A stretch of DNA of 64,000 bases from a phage, in sequence record PZ445554.1; one strand, given 5' to 3'. Position numbers and translations under genes: made by a program. Positions 63,806 through 64,000 of the stretch are shown piece after piece; position 1 is the first letter of the stretch, and every line of letters starts with the position of its first letter. The notes beneath the pieces are model-generated. The model worked only from the letters and a program-made list of their open reading frames with translations. It ran no database searches and was not told the origin of the DNA.

Positions 63806-64000
63806 AATAACGGTTCCCAATCAACAATCACAATTTCTAATTTAGAGGAATATGTATCTAAAATCCCCTCAATAATATCCCAGTTCCCTTTACCTATGCC
63901 TGCACCAATCCTAGGCATATAGATTGTAGGTTTAATCAGTTTATTTTCACCAAACTCATTTAATTCTAACATACAATTCATTAAAGCGGAATACTCAAAA
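63802..64000 (-). CDS. Hypothetical protein, C-terminal part (5-prime end beyond window)
   Basis: Open frame from window end to TGA at 63802-63804; ...KPTIYMPRIGAGIGKGNWDIIEGILDTYSSKLEIVIVDWEPLL. Confidence 0.45.
   Translation of the reverse strand, partial: FEYSALMNCMLELNEFGENKLIKPTIYMPRIGAGIGKGNWDIIEGILDTYSSKLEIVIVDWEPLL

Overview
This window reads as a contiguous block of a T-even (T4-like) myovirus genome, covering the early/middle region motA-52-ac-stp-ndd-denB-rIIB-rIIA-39-motB-dexA-dda-modA-modB-soc-56-61-sp-dmd-41-40-uvsX-42-imm-43-regA-62-44-45-rpbA-46-47-a-gt-55-nrdH-nrdG-nrdD-49-nrdC-(eleven nrdC-proximal ORFs)-rI-tk. Almost every gene is on the minus strand, tightly packed with ATGA/TAATG overlaps. 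Gene identities come from motifs, lengths, N-terminal sequences and synteny as I recall them for T4; no database search was possible. Repeated early promoters (GTTTAC -35, TATAAT-like -10, conserved leader), MotA-box middle promoters, two TATAAATA late promoters and about 15 UUCG-tetraloop hairpins punctuate the operons. Differences from T4 as I recall it point to a T2/T6-type relative: a single fused gene 39 (605 aa, no gene 60 split), an intron-free nrdD, a different DxD glycosyltransferase at the beta-gt locus, a GIY-YIG endonuclease gene between 47 and a-gt, and a compact 56-61 interval with one plus-strand small ORF. I found no CRISPR array, tRNA or rRNA. I do not see a clearly novel system; the best candidates for a second look are a duplicated gene-end module near gene 49, a tandem array of four coiled-coil paralogs, and an adjacent P-loop ATPase plus nucleotidyltransferase-motif gene pair, all of unknown function.
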